DNA of 64,000 nucleotides, taken from NCBI RefSeq assembly GCF_964213995.1, contig NW_027590136.1, forward strand, positions 992,001 through 1,056,000. Direction: 5' to 3'. How positions within the stretch are numbered: the stretch's first letter is position 1; the number at the start of each line of letters is the position of its first letter. The notes under the pieces are model-generated. The model had not been told where the DNA came from, did not search any database, and saw only the letters and a list, made by a program, of their open reading frames with translations. Below are positions 1 through 13,085 of this stretch, one piece after another. The position numbers and the translations under genes were made by a program. This DNA comes from Mustelus asterias. Its lineage: Eukaryota.

Positions 1-345
1 GTTATTGGGGTTCTTGAGAAACATTAAGGGAGACAAATCCCCAGGGCCTGATGGGATATACCCCAGAATACTGAGAGAGGCAAGGGAGGAAATTGCTGGG
101 GTCTTGAGAGAAATCTTTGTATCCTCACTGGTGATGGGGAGGTCCCAGAGGATTGGAGAATAGCCAATGTTGTTCCTTTGTTTAAGAAGGGTAGCAAGAA
201 TAATCCAGGTAATTACAGGACGGTGAACCTTACATCAGTGGTAGGGAAATTATTGGAGAAGATTCTTCGAGACAGGATTTATTCCCACTTGGAAATAAGT
301 GGACGTATTAGTGAGAGGCAACATGGTTTTGCGAAGGGGAGGTCT
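1..345 (+). mobile_element. CR1 LINE ORF2 (RT region) fragment
   Basis: Encodes DKSPGPDG...FKKGSKNNPGNYRTVNLTSVVGKLLE...QHGF, typical CR1 RT N-terminal motifs; truncated. Confidence 0.9.
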
Positions 346-1328
346 AATCTCTCCTTTTAAACTCTGTTCTTCAGTATCCAATTCCAGAATTTTCCTTTTC
401 ATTGTGTTAATTGTGTCAGGAATAAATCTTTGGACCTGACAGGAAGTTTAACCCAAGATCAATCCAACACAGGATTGGTCAGAGTCGTTTCATATGTACC
501 AAATTTTAAATAACCATTACAAATTAAAACTCTCATTCTCACATGTGAGTTTTATCCGGATTAAAATTCCTGCATGTTTAGTAAAATATCCTGGAAACAT
601 GTCTCTGTCCAGTAAATATGGCTCCAAGTTCATAACTTTTGAAAAAAACATTTTATTAATTACACTTCCTTTTTTAAATGTTTGATTTAAATCACAGACA
701 GAAAAACTCAAAGCCTGAAGCATTCAACCCACAAATATCATCCATACACAAACAGAGAAACTTAGCATGTGCTTTACAACAACAATAACCAAAATTAATT
801 ACTTAAGTGTTCTTGGGATCCTGTTTTTAAACTTCCAAAAATGCCTTTAATCAAAGACTCAAGGTAAGGTAAATTCTCCAGAAAGATAAAACTTAACAAA
901 TGTAGCCCAAAACAATGATAAAACACATCTACAAACATCCACAGAAAACAAATGAAACACACAGGTTCTCACAGCTCATAAATTTCAAACAATGAATCCT
1001 CAGCATTCTCTCTCGCAGCTATAGCTTATTAAAGCGACAGAGCACTACAAGCTCACAACTACTTGATTAAAATAAGATACAAGATCCTTCATTCTCCTTC
1101 ATTGTAACTTAACCTTTTTTAAGCCAACTTCCAAAGTCTTTGTTGATTTAAAATCCCAAACGTTACCATTTGCAAAATCTTTGTTCTTTATCTTGGGTTG
1201 AGGTGACAACACAATAAAATTCTCAGAGTTATTCCAAATTCCTCCAGGCTATGCTTAAAATTTCCACATTTAATTGGCTCCAATAAATCCACAATTATAA
1301 ACTAAAATAGACACGAGTTTCCGGGCGA
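345..1328 (-). repeat. AT-rich interspersed repeat, probable LTR-element internal region; inverted copy at ~39885-40870
   Basis: Colinear reverse-complement match to 39885-40870 (e.g. GGAATAAATCTTTGGACCTGAC...AAGTTTAACCCAAGATCAATCCAACACAGGATTGGTCAGA). Confidence 0.75.
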
Positions 1329-1349
1329 TTTAAAAACAATTTAAAAACA

Positions 1350-4295
1350 AGATGCCAGAGGAAAGATAGAACAGGAGGAAAGACAGGAGGGGAAGTTGCA
1401 CTTTTGATTCAGGAAAACATCACGGCAGTACTGAAAGGGGATATATCCGAGGGTTCGCCCACTGAGTCGATATAAGAAGGGGGAAATCACTTTGATAGAC
1501 TTGGACTATAGGCCCCCAAATAGTCAGTGGGAAATTGAGGAGCAAATATGTAAGGAGATTACAGATAGCTCCAAGAAAAATAGGGCGGTAATAGTCGGAG
1601 ATTTTAACTTTCCAACATTGACTGGGACAGCCATAGTATTAGAGGCTTGGATGGGGAGAAATTTGTTGAGTGTATTCAGGAGGAATTTCTCATTCAGTAT
1701 GTGGATGGCTCGACGAGAGAGGGGGCAAAACTTGACCTCCTCTTGGGAAATAAGAAAGGGCAGGTGACAGAAGTGTGAGTGAGGGATCACTTTGGGACCA
1801 GTGACCATAATTCCATTAGTTTTAAGATAGCTACGGAAAATGATTGGTCTGGTCCAAAAGTTAAAATTCTAAATTAGGGCAAGGCCAATGTTGATGGTAT
1901 CAGGCAGGAACTTTCGACAGTTAACTGGGGGAGTCTGTGGGAAGGCAAAGGGACGTCTGGTAAGTGGGAGGCTTTCAAAAGTGTTTTAACCAGGGTTCAG
2001 GGTAAGCACATTCCTCTTAGAGTGAAGGGCAAGGCTGAGAGAAGTAGGGAACCTTGAATGACTTGGGATATTGAGGCCCTGGTCAAGAAGAAGAAGGAGG
2101 CACATGACATGCATAGGCAGCTGGGATCAAGTGTATCCCTTGAAGAGTATAGGGGGTGTAGGAGTAGAGTTAAGAGAGAAATCAGGAGAGGAAAAAGAAG
2201 ACACGAGATTGTTTTGGCAGATAAGGCAAAGGAGAATCCAAAGAGGTTCTACAAATACATAAAGGGCAAAAGAGTAACTAGGGAGAGAGTAGGACCTCTT
2301 AAGGATCAACAAGGTCATCTATGTGCGGATCCACAAGAGATGGGTGAGATCCTAAATGAATATTTCTCATCAGTATTCACTGTTCAGAAAGGGATGGATG
2401 TTAAGGAACTTGGGGAAAAAAATAGTGATGTCTTGAGGAATGTACTTGTCACAGAGAAGGAGGTGCTGGAAGTCTTAAAGCACATCAAGGTAGATAAATC
2501 CCTGGGACCTGATGAAGTGTATCCCAGGACACTGTGGGAGGCTAGGGGGGAAATTGCGAGTCCCCTAGCAGAGATATTTGAATCATCGATAGTCACAGGT
2601 GAGGTGCCTGAAGATTGGATGGTGGCAAATGTTGTGCCTTTGTTTAAAAAGGGCTGCAGGGAAAAGCCTGGGAACTACAGGCCGGTGAGCCTCACATCTA
2701 TACTGGGTAAGTTGTCAGAAGGTACTTTGAGAGACAGGATCTACAGGCATTTAGAGACACAAGGACTGATTAGGGACAGTCAGCATGGCTTTGTGAGTGG
2801 AAAATCATGTCTCACAAATTTGGTTGAGTTTTTTGAAGGGGTAACCAAGAAGGTAGATGAGGGAGTGCAGTTGATGTTGTCTACATGGACTTTAGCAAGA
2901 CCTTTGACAAGGTACCACATGGTCGGTTGTTGCATAAGATTAAATCTCACGGGATCCAGGTGAGGTAGCCAAATGCATACAAAATTGGCTTGATGACAGA
3001 AGACAGAGGGTGGTTGTCGAAGGTTTTTTCAAACTGGAGGCCTGTGACCAGCGGATAGCCTCAGGGATCGCTGCTGGGTCCACTGTTATTTGACATTTAT
3101 AAGAATGATTTGGATGACAATGTAGGAGGCATGGATCGTAAGTTTTCAGATGGCACCAAGATTGGTGGCATAGTGGACAGTGAAGAAGGTTATCTAGGAT
3201 TGCAACAGGATCTTGATCAATTGGGCCAATGGGCTGACGAATGGCAGATGGAGTTTAATTTAGATAAATGCGAGGTGATGCATTTTGGTCGATCGAACCT
3301 GGGCAGGTTAATGGTTGGGCGTTGGGGAGAGTTAAAGAACAAAGAGATCGAGGGGTACAGGTTCATAACTCCTTGAAAGTGGTGTCACAGGTGGACAGAG
3401 TGGTGAAGAAGGCATTCGGCATGCTTGGTTTCATCGGTCAGAACATTGAATACAGGAGTTGGAACGTCTTGTTGAAGTTGTACAAGACATTGGGAAGACC
3501 ACATGTGGAATACTGTGTACAGTTCTGGTCACCCTATTATAGAAAGGATATTATTAAACTAGAAAGAGTGCAGAAATGATTTACAAGGATGCTACCAGGA
3601 CTTGATGGTTTGAGTTATAAGGAGAGGCTGGATAGACTGAGACGTTTTTCCCTGGAGTGTCGGAGGCTTAGGGATGACCTTATAGAGGTTTATAAAATAA
3701 TGAGGAGCATAGATCAGCTACATAGTCAACATCTTTTCCCAAAGGTAGGGGAGTCTAAAACTAGAGAGCATAGGTTTAAGAGAGGGGAGAGATACAAACG
3801 GGTCCAGAGGGGCATTTCTTTCTAACAGAGGGTGATGAGTGTCTGGAAAAAGCTGCCAGAGGTAATAGAACATAAAACATTACAGCGCAGTACAGGCCCT
3901 TCGGCCCTCGATGTTGCGCCGACCAGTGGAACCAATCTAAAGCCCCTCTAATCTACACTATTCCAATATCATCCATATGTTTATCCAATAACCATTTGAA
4001 TGCTTTTAATGTTGACGAGTCCACGACTGCTGCAGGCAGTCTACGCCCTTACTACTCTCGAGTAAAGAACTCTCACCCCTCAATTTAAAGCTATGTCCCC
4101 TTGTGCTAGCAATAATAGTAGAGGTGGGTTCAATCTTAAAAAGTGTTTGGACCATTACATGGGTAAGATGGGTATAGAGGGATATGGGCCAAACGCGGGC
4201 AATTGGGACTAACTTAGGGGTTAAAAAAGGGGCGGCATGGACAAGTTGGACCAAAGGGCCTGTTTCCATGCTGTAAACCTCTATGACTCTATGAC
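1350..4295 (+). mobile_element. Degenerate CR1 LINE (endonuclease + RT + 3' tail) with a nested antisense CR1 3' fragment at ~3868-4115
   Basis: YRPPNS, VIVGDFNFP, SDH endonuclease motifs; RT ORFs 2058-2963 and 3110-3825 broken by frameshifts; CTATGA-type tail repeats. Confidence 0.92.
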
Positions 4296-4677
4296 GAAAT
4301 CAACTGTCTGCTGAAAGGGTTAACTTTTCTACAGGACCTAAAGCGGGGAGTGAACAGAAAACACTTGGTACACAGTTACATCACTTTACATAATTTTAAA
4401 AAACTTCTCTAACAGCAAAACAAAGTTGATTTTAAACTTCATCTATTAATTCTTTTATTCTCTTCCTCAACCTAATTATTTTAATTTGATCAGTTTTTGT
4501 TAGCGATGGGTAACTTCTGTTGTTTATAAACTGGTTCACTCGTTTTGTTAAAACTACATGGGCTCGGAGAATCAGAACGCAGTCTTTATCATCCTTATCC
4601 TTTTTCTCCTTCTGCCACCACTCCCCCTGTCTTGCGGGAGGGTCGTGGGGATTCCAATCAGAACTAATCATTTTATC

Positions 4678-4855
4678 ATAAAAGTAAAATACTGCGAATG
4701 CTGGAATCTGAAACAAAAACAGAAAATGCTGGAAAATCTCAGTGGGTCTGACAGCATCTGTGGAGAGAGAATATAGCTAATGTTTTGATACTGGATGACC
4801 CTTCATAACAGCTCATATGAAGTGTCATCCAGACTCGAAACGTTGGCTCTGTTCT
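4678..4855. mobile_element. Penelope-like short element with 14-bp target-site duplication
   Basis: CTAATCATTTTATC flanks both ends (4664-4677, 4856-4869); internal AAATACTGCG..GCTGGAAAATCTCAG..CAGCATCTG is also seen at 48600-48790. Confidence 0.65.
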
Positions 4856-5089
4856 CTAATCATTTTATCGATATGTTTCTTGTTCTTAGTTTTAGGTTTA
4901 AAGTGAGAGGGGAGAGATACAAAAGGGTCCAGAGGGGCAGTTTTTCACTCAGGTCGTGGTGAGTGTCTGGAACGAGTTGCCAGAGGCAGTAGTAGAGGCG
5001 GGTACAATACTGTCTTTTCAAAAGCATTTAGACAGTTACATGGGTAAGATGGGTATAGAGGGATATGGGCAAAATACGGGCAATTAACC

Positions 5090-5433
5090 TAGAAACATAG
5101 AAACCCTACAGTACAGAAAGAGGCCATTCGGCCCATCGAGTCTGCACCGACCACAATCCCACCCAGGCCCTACCCCTATATCCCTACATATTTACCCACT
5201 AATCCCTCTAACCTACGCATCTCAGGACACTAAGGGCAATTTTTAACCTGGCCAATCAACCTAACCCGCACATCTTTGGACTGTGGGAGGAAACCGGAGC
5301 ACCCGAAGGAAACCCACGCAGACACGAGGAGAATGTGCAAACTCCACACAGACAGTGACCCAAGCCGGGAATTGAACCCAGGTCCCTGGAGCTGTGAAGC
5401 AGCAGTGCTAACAACTGTGCCACCGTGCCGCCC
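5090..5433 (-). mobile_element. tRNA-derived V-SINE (HE1-like) inserted in a CR1 3' tail
   Basis: Reverse strand GGCGGCACGGTGGCACAG..GGGTTCAATTCCC A/B boxes, V-core GGTTTCCTCCCACAGTCCAAAGATGTG, CR1-like tail. Confidence 0.9.
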
Positions 5434-5524
5434 CTTTTGGGGCTAGCTTAGTGGTAAAAACTGAGCTGCATGGACAAGTTGGGCCGAAGGGCCTGTTTCC
5501 ATGTTCTAAACCTCTATAACTTCC

Positions 5525-5776
5525 TAACATCCTGTCACTCTGTGATCCTTGTGAAATCTGAAACCAGGTATTCGCAACAAGACTCAAAGAGAATCAGCCC
5601 ACTGGAGGCAAAGTCGTGAGACCGGCCAGTCCAGCAGAAAGAAACCCTCCGACCCTCCCCATTGACCAACTGTGAGAATGAACAAAATGCAGTCCTGGAT
5701 GTAATTGAGAGCAGAAACAATAACAGCAGAATCCAACCTCTGGAATCACTCGTGAACTTGTTGGTGTCTCAGCACA
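5525..5776 (-). pseudogene. 3' remnant of a C2H2 ZNF gene (last codons LRHQQVHE* plus family 3' UTR)
   Basis: Closely matches the ends of the ZNFs at 38225-38460 and 47310-47550; the upstream part is replaced by CR1 ORF1. Confidence 0.8.
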
Positions 5777-6300
5777 GTTCAAACGGAGACCATCCCATCT
5801 ATGCAGGTCCCACCTGCCCAAATACTGGTGCCAATGCCACATGAATTCGAAACCATTCCTTCCACTCCAATCCTTGAACAACGCATTCGTCTTCTTAATC
5901 CTATTAACCCTGCACCAATTCGCGCGTGGCTCAGGTAGTAATCCAGAGATTACCACCTCGTTGGTTCTGCTTTTTAATTTATTCCCTAGCTCTTCGTACT
6001 CCCTCTGCAGATCCTTAGTTTCTGTTTTGTCTATGTCATTGGCACCTACATGGACCACGACAACTGGTTTTTGACCCTCCCACTCCAGATTCCTCTGCAG
6101 CCCAGATGATACATCCTGGACCCGAGCACCAGGCAGGCAACACAACCTACGGTATTCCTTATCCTGGTCACAGAGAACAGTGTCTATGCCCTTAACTACA
6201 CTATCCCCAATTACTACTACGTTTCTCTTTGATTTCTCCATTGCAGCAGCTCCCTGCACCCTGGTACTGCTGACAGTTTGCTCGTCCTTCTCGCAGTCAT
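5777..6300 (-). mobile_element. CR1 ORF1 (SGNH/GDSL esterase-like) fragment
   Basis: VVVIGDSVV, CCLPGARV, VVVHVGAND, VISGLLP motifs; homologous to ORF1 at 52887-53786. Confidence 0.85.
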
Positions 6301-7116
6301 ATTTCCCATCCTCTTTTGTTGAATTCTAAAAGGCTTCCAATCCTCAGACTTGCTAATTATTTTGCAATTTTATATATTTTCTATGTAAAATGGAAAGTTC
6401 CCGCTCCTGAAGGACATTAGTGAAAAGATTTGACGAAATGTTGGCACCTTTGTCATTCATATTAATTGCATAAGGATTTTTGTTTCAGCTTCTTCAATGA
6501 ATTGAATTGAAATTCCCCAGCAACCCGGGTGGAATTTGAACTCCTGTCTCGAGAGCATTGTTTCAGGATTGTGGATTACGAATTAGTAATTATATACGAT
6601 ACTATATGCTATACTACCTCGAGGAATATCATCACATCTAAAATGGAACAACTGAAAATACCACTCTCCTTGAGCACAGGACCAAAGGTTGAATCATAAA
6701 TTCAGGCATCTGTTATGGGAGTTGAACACATTACCATTTGGATGAGAAGCGATGTTGATTCCACTAAAAAGAAGACTTTTAGCTGATCACAGTTAGCATT
6801 TTGACATTCTGACATTTAGCTCAGTGTGTCTAGAGTTTCGGACCTGTGTGCAGTATTACACGGATGCATACAGTTTTCAGAAGCTGGCCTTCTCTCTGTA
6901 CCTCAGAATTTGTAATCTTTCACCGTTTAAATATTAAACGTATTTTATATTCATCCTGCCAAATTGGACGTTTTCACAATTGACCACATTATACTCAACT
7001 TGGCGGGGCTTTGCCAATTAATTTACTCGATTTATGTCCCTTTATCTTCTTCTTACACGCACTTCACCATTTATTTAAGACATATCTTTTTCGTTTTCTA
7101 TCTTTTTCTTTTTCTA

Positions 7117-8125
7117 AATGGAGGTCGGTCACCAGTGGTGTGCCCCAGGGATCTGTTCTGGGGCCCTTGCTGTTTGTCATTTTCATAAATGACCTGGATG
7201 AGGAAGCGGAGGGATGGGTTGGTAAGTTTGCCGACGACACGGAGGTTGGTGGGGTTGTGGATAGTCTGGAGGGATGTCAGAAGTTACAGAGGGACATAGA
7301 TAGGATGCAAGACTGGGCGGACAAGTGGCAGATGGACTTCAACCCGGATAAATGCGTAGTGGTCCATTTTGGCAGGTCAAATGGGATGAAGGAGTACAAT
7401 ATAAAGGAAAAGACTCTTAGTACGGTAGAGGATCAGAAGGACCTTGGGGTCCGGGTCCATAGGACTCTGAAATCGGCCCCGCAGGTGGAGGAGGTGGTTA
7501 AGAAGACGTATGGTGTGCTGGCCTTTATCAATCGAGGGATTGAGTTTAGGTGTCCGGGGATAATGACGCAGCTATATAAGACCCTCGTCAGACCCCACTT
7601 GGAGTACTGTGCTCAGTTCTGGTGGCCTCACTATAGGAAGGATGTGGAAAAGATTGAAAGGGTGCAGAGGAGATTTACAAGGATGTTGCCTGGATTGAGT
7701 GGCATGCCTTATGAGGATAGGCTGAGGGAGCTCGGTCTTTTCTCCTTGGAGAGACGAAGGATGAGAGGAGACCTAATAGAGGTGTAGAAGATGTTGAGAG
7801 GCATAGATCGGGTGGACTCTCAGAGGCTTTTTCCCAGGGTGGAAATGTCTGCTACGAGGGCACACAGGTTTAAGGTGCTGGGGTGTAGGTACAGGGGAGA
7901 TGTTAGGGGTAAGTTTTTCACACAGAGGGTGGTGGGCGAGTGGAATCGGCTGCCGTCAGTGGTGGTGGAGGCGAACTCAATAGGGTCTTTTAAGAGACTC
8001 CTGGATGAGTACATGGAGCGTAATAGGATGGAGGGTTATAGGTAGGTCTAGAAGGTAGGGATGTGTTCGGCACAACTTGTGGGCCGAAGGGCCTGTTTGT
8101 GCTGTAGTTTTTCTATGTTTCTATC
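7117..8125 (+). mobile_element. 5'-truncated CR1 LINE (RT C-terminal half and tail)
   Basis: SGVPQGSVLGPLLF, FADDT, RPHLEYC motifs; one stop at ~7785. Confidence 0.93.
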
Positions 8126-8139
8126 TTTGTGTGGTCTGC

Positions 8140-8440
8140 AAATTTATCATCCATATCTGCTCAGTAAATATTACAGTGTATTCTTACAATTAATCCAGTT
8201 CTCCTTGATTACTGCTCTGTAACATATCGGTCTGTAATCTAACAATTAATCCAATTCTCCTGGACAACTGCTCTGTGACACATCATGTTTAATCCAGTTC
8301 TCCTAGATTTCTGCTCTGTAACATATCAGTGTGTATTCCAACAAGTAAAGCAGTTCTCCTACATTATTGCTCTCTATCACTGTGTAATTGAATAATTCAT
8401 CCTGTTCTCTTGGATTATGGCTCCCTAACATATCAATTTG
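8140..8440. repeat. Degenerate ~50-56 bp tandem repeat, about 5-6 copies
   Basis: Recurring TAATCCAGTTCTCCT..GATTACTGCTCTGTAACATATC unit. Confidence 0.75.
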
Positions 8441-8487
8441 TTTTGCAACCCGCTCCTGAAACAGTGTACACAAAAACACGGCGAGGG

Positions 8488-8505
8488 ATCGCCCTCTGGC
8501 GGCGA
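8488..8505 (-). promoter_or_regulatory. CTCF-like motif
   Basis: Reverse strand TCGCCGCCAGAGGGCGAT resembles the CTCF core CCRSYAGRKGGCRS. Confidence 0.45.
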
Positions 8506-9368
8506 TGTGAGATAAATGGCCTCTTCTGGGGAGATCAGTGAATTCTCAGATTACTGAACGATCTTGTAACAGGATTATGCTGCTGTATTTTTTTCTTGTT
8601 CTCATGGTTCTTATTATAATATACTTACATTCAGGTGTAACCATGTACGGAACTAACACAAACTTCAGTCTGAATCCGCATCAATTCATTGCTTTAGCTG
8701 TTTTGAATGTTCCAGGCATTTCTGTTAAACTATATTCCTGTTACAAAATTTGAAACCACGCAATACTGATAAGATTCGAACTCTTAATAAAGTTCTCTCC
8801 ACACATTGAAAGGATATAAATTTGACTCCAACCTCACATTTATCTGACAGATTGTCGGATTTCAGGCACCTGCTTCAATTTTAAACTTTCCTCAGAGTTG
8901 TCATTATGATGTTTTGGCTAACACATCAGCTGTCCTCTAATGGGGCTTGGGGAATTTATTGAAATGGGAGACTGGGAGAAATTGTATGTTCTAAATTCTG
9001 CACGCTCCTGGAAAACGGTTGAGGGAGAGAGGGGCTTTGAGACACAGAGACGAGACAGATACTAGCGGCCAAAATATTGAGAGTGCAGCATGGACACCGA
9101 GGTGAACAGAGAACGAGGCACAGAGATAGACAGGCAGGAGTAGACATAGAAACAGTCAGATAAAGTCATTGAGCTACAATCAATGTTGTTCGATGGCCAA
9201 TTCTTGACAACACTGAGCAACAAGCCAATCCTTTCATTGGGCAACGCCCCTTAGTTTCCCAATGAGTGAAGACTGCCCATGATATAAAATTACTTTTTTA
9301 CATCAGAGTACAAGAGTTGACATAATTTTACAATTCTGCTGATTTTGTGGAATTCTTAAGCAGGAAGC

Positions 9369-9761
9369 ATGTTCTCCCAATTTTCTTTCCTAATATTGGT
9401 TGGTTTTCCTGCCCGGTGAGTCTGTGTTTAAATAGTCCCTGCCTGTTTCCAGCGTTCTCCACCAGATATTTAAGAGATTCTGTAATTTGTTGCAGGCAAA
9501 GATGAAGTGTCCCAAGATCCCCCTAAATTAACGGTTCAGGAAGGACAGACCATAACACTGCACTGCAGTTACTGCTCTGGTACATCCAGTCTCATGGGGA
9601 AGCTCCGATTTATTTATTGACGATTTTTAACACAGGAGACATCGCTGAAGATTCTCCGAATAGATTTTCTGCTGTTTGTACAAAAGAAACAAAGCGGTCC
9701 TTTTAAGTATCGCCGGAACGCTTCTCTCTGACAGCGCACTGTATTTCTGTGCCATGGAGCC
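9369..9761 (+). pseudogene. TCR alpha/delta variable gene pseudogene (leader exon 9369-9415, V exon 9496-9761)
   Basis: Leader MFSQFSFLILVGFPA with GTGAGT donor; after the TTGCAG acceptor KDEVSQDPPKLTVQEGQTITLHCSY, then frameshifted WYIQSHGEAPIYLL..NRFS, then LSIAGTLLSDSALYFCAME. CDR1 deletion and frameshifts. Confidence 0.85.
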
Positions 9762-9800
9762 CACACTGGTGCAGAGATATAGCGAACCCCAGACTGGAAA
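9762..9800 (+). other. Degenerate 23-RSS of the V pseudogene
   Basis: Heptamer CACACTG directly after YFCAME; nonamer poorly conserved. Confidence 0.55.
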
Positions 9801-9810
9801 TTCCAGTTAG

Positions 9811-9828
9811 TGGTCAGCAGAGGGCGCG
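9811..9828 (+). promoter_or_regulatory. CTCF-like motif immediately 3' of the RSS
   Basis: TGGTCAGCAGAGGGCGCG, close to the CTCF consensus. Confidence 0.5.
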
Positions 9829-10629
9829 CCCGCACTGATAAACAGAAGCAATTATTTAGCCTGTGAGAGTTCAAGGTCGTAACTAAAATAACACAACACA
9901 ACATTCAACATGAACAGATGAGCAGCAACAGAGGGATTGTATTAGGTGCGTTGTAACTAACATTTATACTGCAAAATTATTTTGCAAATCAATTTATTAT
10001 GCCCTCACTCACGTTTTGTATTTTCATGATCTTTTCCTGTCTATCTGATTTAATGAGCAAAACATTCTCAATCTCTACTCTCTGTATCCCATTTATCAGA
10101 GCCGGTGCATAGTGTCTATATGATTAGACCGTGCTGTTGGTTTAGACAGTTTATAGAAAATTAATGCGTTTCACAATGTACCGATTACACTCTTTAGTTA
10201 AATCAATGTTTATTTTCCTTTCGATTGAATGTTTTCTGACAGAATTGGCAGCCCAGTGTTTTGAGCTTAAAATAACCAGGCTTTAACCATAAGACCAAAT
10301 GACAAAGGCCAGGGTTAGGCCTCTCGACCTCTTGAGCCTGCCCTGTCATTCAATGGAATCATGGCTGTCCCAACATTCCTCACGTACACTTTACTGCCCT
10401 TTCCCCGTAACCTTCGATTCGCTTACTGATCAAAAATCTATCTACATCTGTCTTACATATACACAATGACTCTACCCGCGCAGCTCGCTGTAGACGTGAG
10501 CTCCAAACACTCACAACTCTCTGAAAAAAGATATTGCTCCTCTTCTCAGTTTTCAATTAGCGCTCGCTTACTCTGAGACGATGTCCCCTGTCCCCAGACG
10601 CTTCCACGAGGGGAAACATCCTCTCAGCA

Positions 10630-10775
10630 TTTTGTAAATTGAGTTTGTGTCTATATATGCCCTGTTTGTGAACACAACACCCACTCACCTGATGAAGAGG
10701 CAGTGCTCCGAAAGCTTGTGGCTTGTGCTACCAAATAAATATGTTGGACTTTAACCTGGTGTTGTGAGGCGTCTT
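10630..10775 (+). mobile_element. Penelope-like terminal repeat fragment
   Basis: TTGTAAATTGAGTTTGTG..CACCTGATGAAG..CCGAAAGC..CCAAATAAA; same family as 35575-35850, 55035-55425 and 59935-60510. Confidence 0.7.
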
Positions 10776-11149
10776 ACGTCGATTGATAAAGACCTTATGC
10801 CTTTTTCATCATCCTACTAACATGCCCTTCCGATTTCAGAGATCTGTGGCCAAAGCCGCCAAGGTTCCTTTGTTCCACAGAACACAAACTTCCAAACTTT
10901 ATGGTCACGTTCTTAACGTGGTTGAACATGTTGATTATCAGCCTGTAAATCCTTTCAGTATTGCTGAAGACTGGTGATAGGGACGGAGCAGATTCCTGGT
11001 CAACAAAACTGCAGAAGTCAATGGCAAACCGCTGGAGTACTTTGAAATGAACAATCACAGAATGATCTAATGGACGTCCATGTTCACCAATTCCCTCTTA
11101 GGGCATGGTAACTGGAAGAGGAGGAGGTGGATGTCACAAGAGGCTCAGA

Positions 11150-12240
11150 AAGTGGACACTAAAAATTGGCAAATCATGCTGCAGCTTTATAGAAGCTTAG
11201 TTAGGCCGCACTTGGAATATAGTGTTCAATTCTGGTCGCCACACTACCAGAAGGATGTGGAGCGACGGAGGTTGAGGAGAGACCTGGATAGAAGTCTACA
11301 AGATTATGAGAGGCATGGACAGAGTGGATAGTCAGAAGCTTTTTCCCAGGGTGGAAGAGTCAATTACTCGGGGGCATAGGTTTATGGTGTGAGGGGCAAG
11401 GTTTAAAAGAGATGTACGAGGCAGATTTGTTACACAGAGAGTGGTGGGTGCCTGGAGCTCGTTGCCAGGGGTGGTAGTGGAAGCGGATACGATAGTGACT
11501 TTTAAGGGGCGTCTTGACAAGTACATGAATGAGACGGGCATAGAGGGATATGGTCTCCAGAAGGGTAGGGGGTTTTAGTTAAGTCGGGCAGCATGGTCGG
11601 TGCAGGCTTGGAGGGCGAAGGGCCTGTTCCTGTGCTGTAAGTTTCTTTGTTCTTTGTTCTAGTGTATTCCAATGTCACTGGGCAGTCTGGATAACAATGT
11701 TTGCACAACGGTTTTCATCAATAAAAAAATCTTATTAAAAATAATGGCAGTCGCAATTCCGTATTTGTTAACCAACAAAACAACAATCTTCCATCAGAAG
11801 TTAATGTATGCACTTGAAACTGAATATATTAATCCGTCAAGTCTGTTTCAACAGCACCTTGCGAACCCGGACTCTCTTCCATCTAGAAGGATAAGAGGAA
11901 CAACTGCATGAGAACTTAGAAAGGAAACTAGAACTAGAGGGCACAGCCTCAAAATAAAGGGGGGGTCAGTTTAGTACAGAGTTGAGGAGGAACTTCTTCT
12001 CTCAGAGGGTGGTGAATCTCTGGAATTCTCTGCCCACTGAAGTGGTGGAGGCTACCTCGCTGAATATGTTTAAATCACGGATAGATGGATTCCTGATCGG
12101 TAAGGGAATTAGGGGTTATAGGGCTCAGGCGGGTAAGTGGAACTGATCCACTTCACATCAGCCATGATCTTATTGAATGGAGGGGCAGGCTCGAGGGGCT
12201 AGATGGCCTACTCCTGCTCCTATTTCTTATGTTCTTAGAA
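11150..12240 (+). mobile_element. Two CR1 3' fragments (11150-11660 and 11910-12240)
   Basis: LYRSLVRPHLEYSVQFWSPHYQKD and CR1 tails (GGCCTGTTCCTGTGCTG; GGCCTACTCCTGCTCC). Confidence 0.85.
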
Positions 12241-12787
12241 CACCATATTTTGTGGGCACCCCTTCAAGCCGCACACCATCCTCATTTTGAACCATATCGC
12301 CGCTCCCTTGCGTCAAAATTCTGGAATTCATTTTCTGTGTATGAGTACGGGCAGAGGACAACAAATTAAAAAAGTATGGAAGGAGAATTGAAAGAAAGTG
12401 AGACATTACGGGTGCGAAATACACAACCAAATGATGCGAGAAGGACAGAAAGGAAGAGATTCAGAAACGACCCAGAATGCATTGTTCTTTCAAATTACTC
12501 ATATTTCCCTAGCGTCTATTTATGTAGTTGAATTACTTGAAAACACGTCTCTCAATAAAAGACCGCCAACGACGGTCTATCGACAACCTTGCACGTGCGG
12601 ACACTGTCACGTACCCTGAGTCACCGTCAGAGGGCGTTGTCGTCACGTGTTTCTCCCGACTTTAAATGATGGCGACAAAACCTATAGTACCATTCGCATA
12701 CCGTTGCTATTGGCAGTAACATTCGCAGGCCCATTTTTCTGCTCCCTCTCTCTCTGGTCCACCTCACGTGCCCTCCATTACTAAATG

Positions 12788-13085
12788 GCCGGCACGGTGG
12801 CACAGTGGTTAACAGTCCTGCCTCATTGCAAAGGGGGCCCAGTTTCAATTCCGTCCTTGGGCAACTGTGTGAAGTTTTCACGTTCTTCCCGTGTCTGCGT
12901 GCGTTTCCTCCCACAGTCCAAAAATGTGCAAGTTAGTTGGATTAGTCATGCTAAATTATCCCTTAGTGTTAGGGGGATAAGTTGAGTAAATACGTGGGCT
13001 TATACGGGGATAGGGTCTTGGTGTGACTGTTGTCGGTGCAGGCTTAATGGGCCGAATGGCCTCCGTCAGCACGGTAGTGATTCTA
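12788..13085 (+). mobile_element. Diverged V-SINE
   Basis: GGCACGGTGGCACAGTGGTT head and TTTCCTCCCACAGTCCAAA core. Confidence 0.8.

Noticed and set aside
5594-6259. Esterase-ZNF fusion gene
   Set aside because: CR1 ORF1 fragment abutting an out-of-frame ZNF 3' remnant; no finger is encoded in frame.
8460-8478. AACAGTG..ACAAAAACA as an RSS
   Set aside because: Spacer is only 3 nt, the heptamer lacks CAC and no V exon precedes it; at most a relic nonamer.
8538-8753. Hydrophobic ORF resembling a leader exon
   Set aside because: T-rich composition explains the hydrophobicity; weak donor and no V exon follows.
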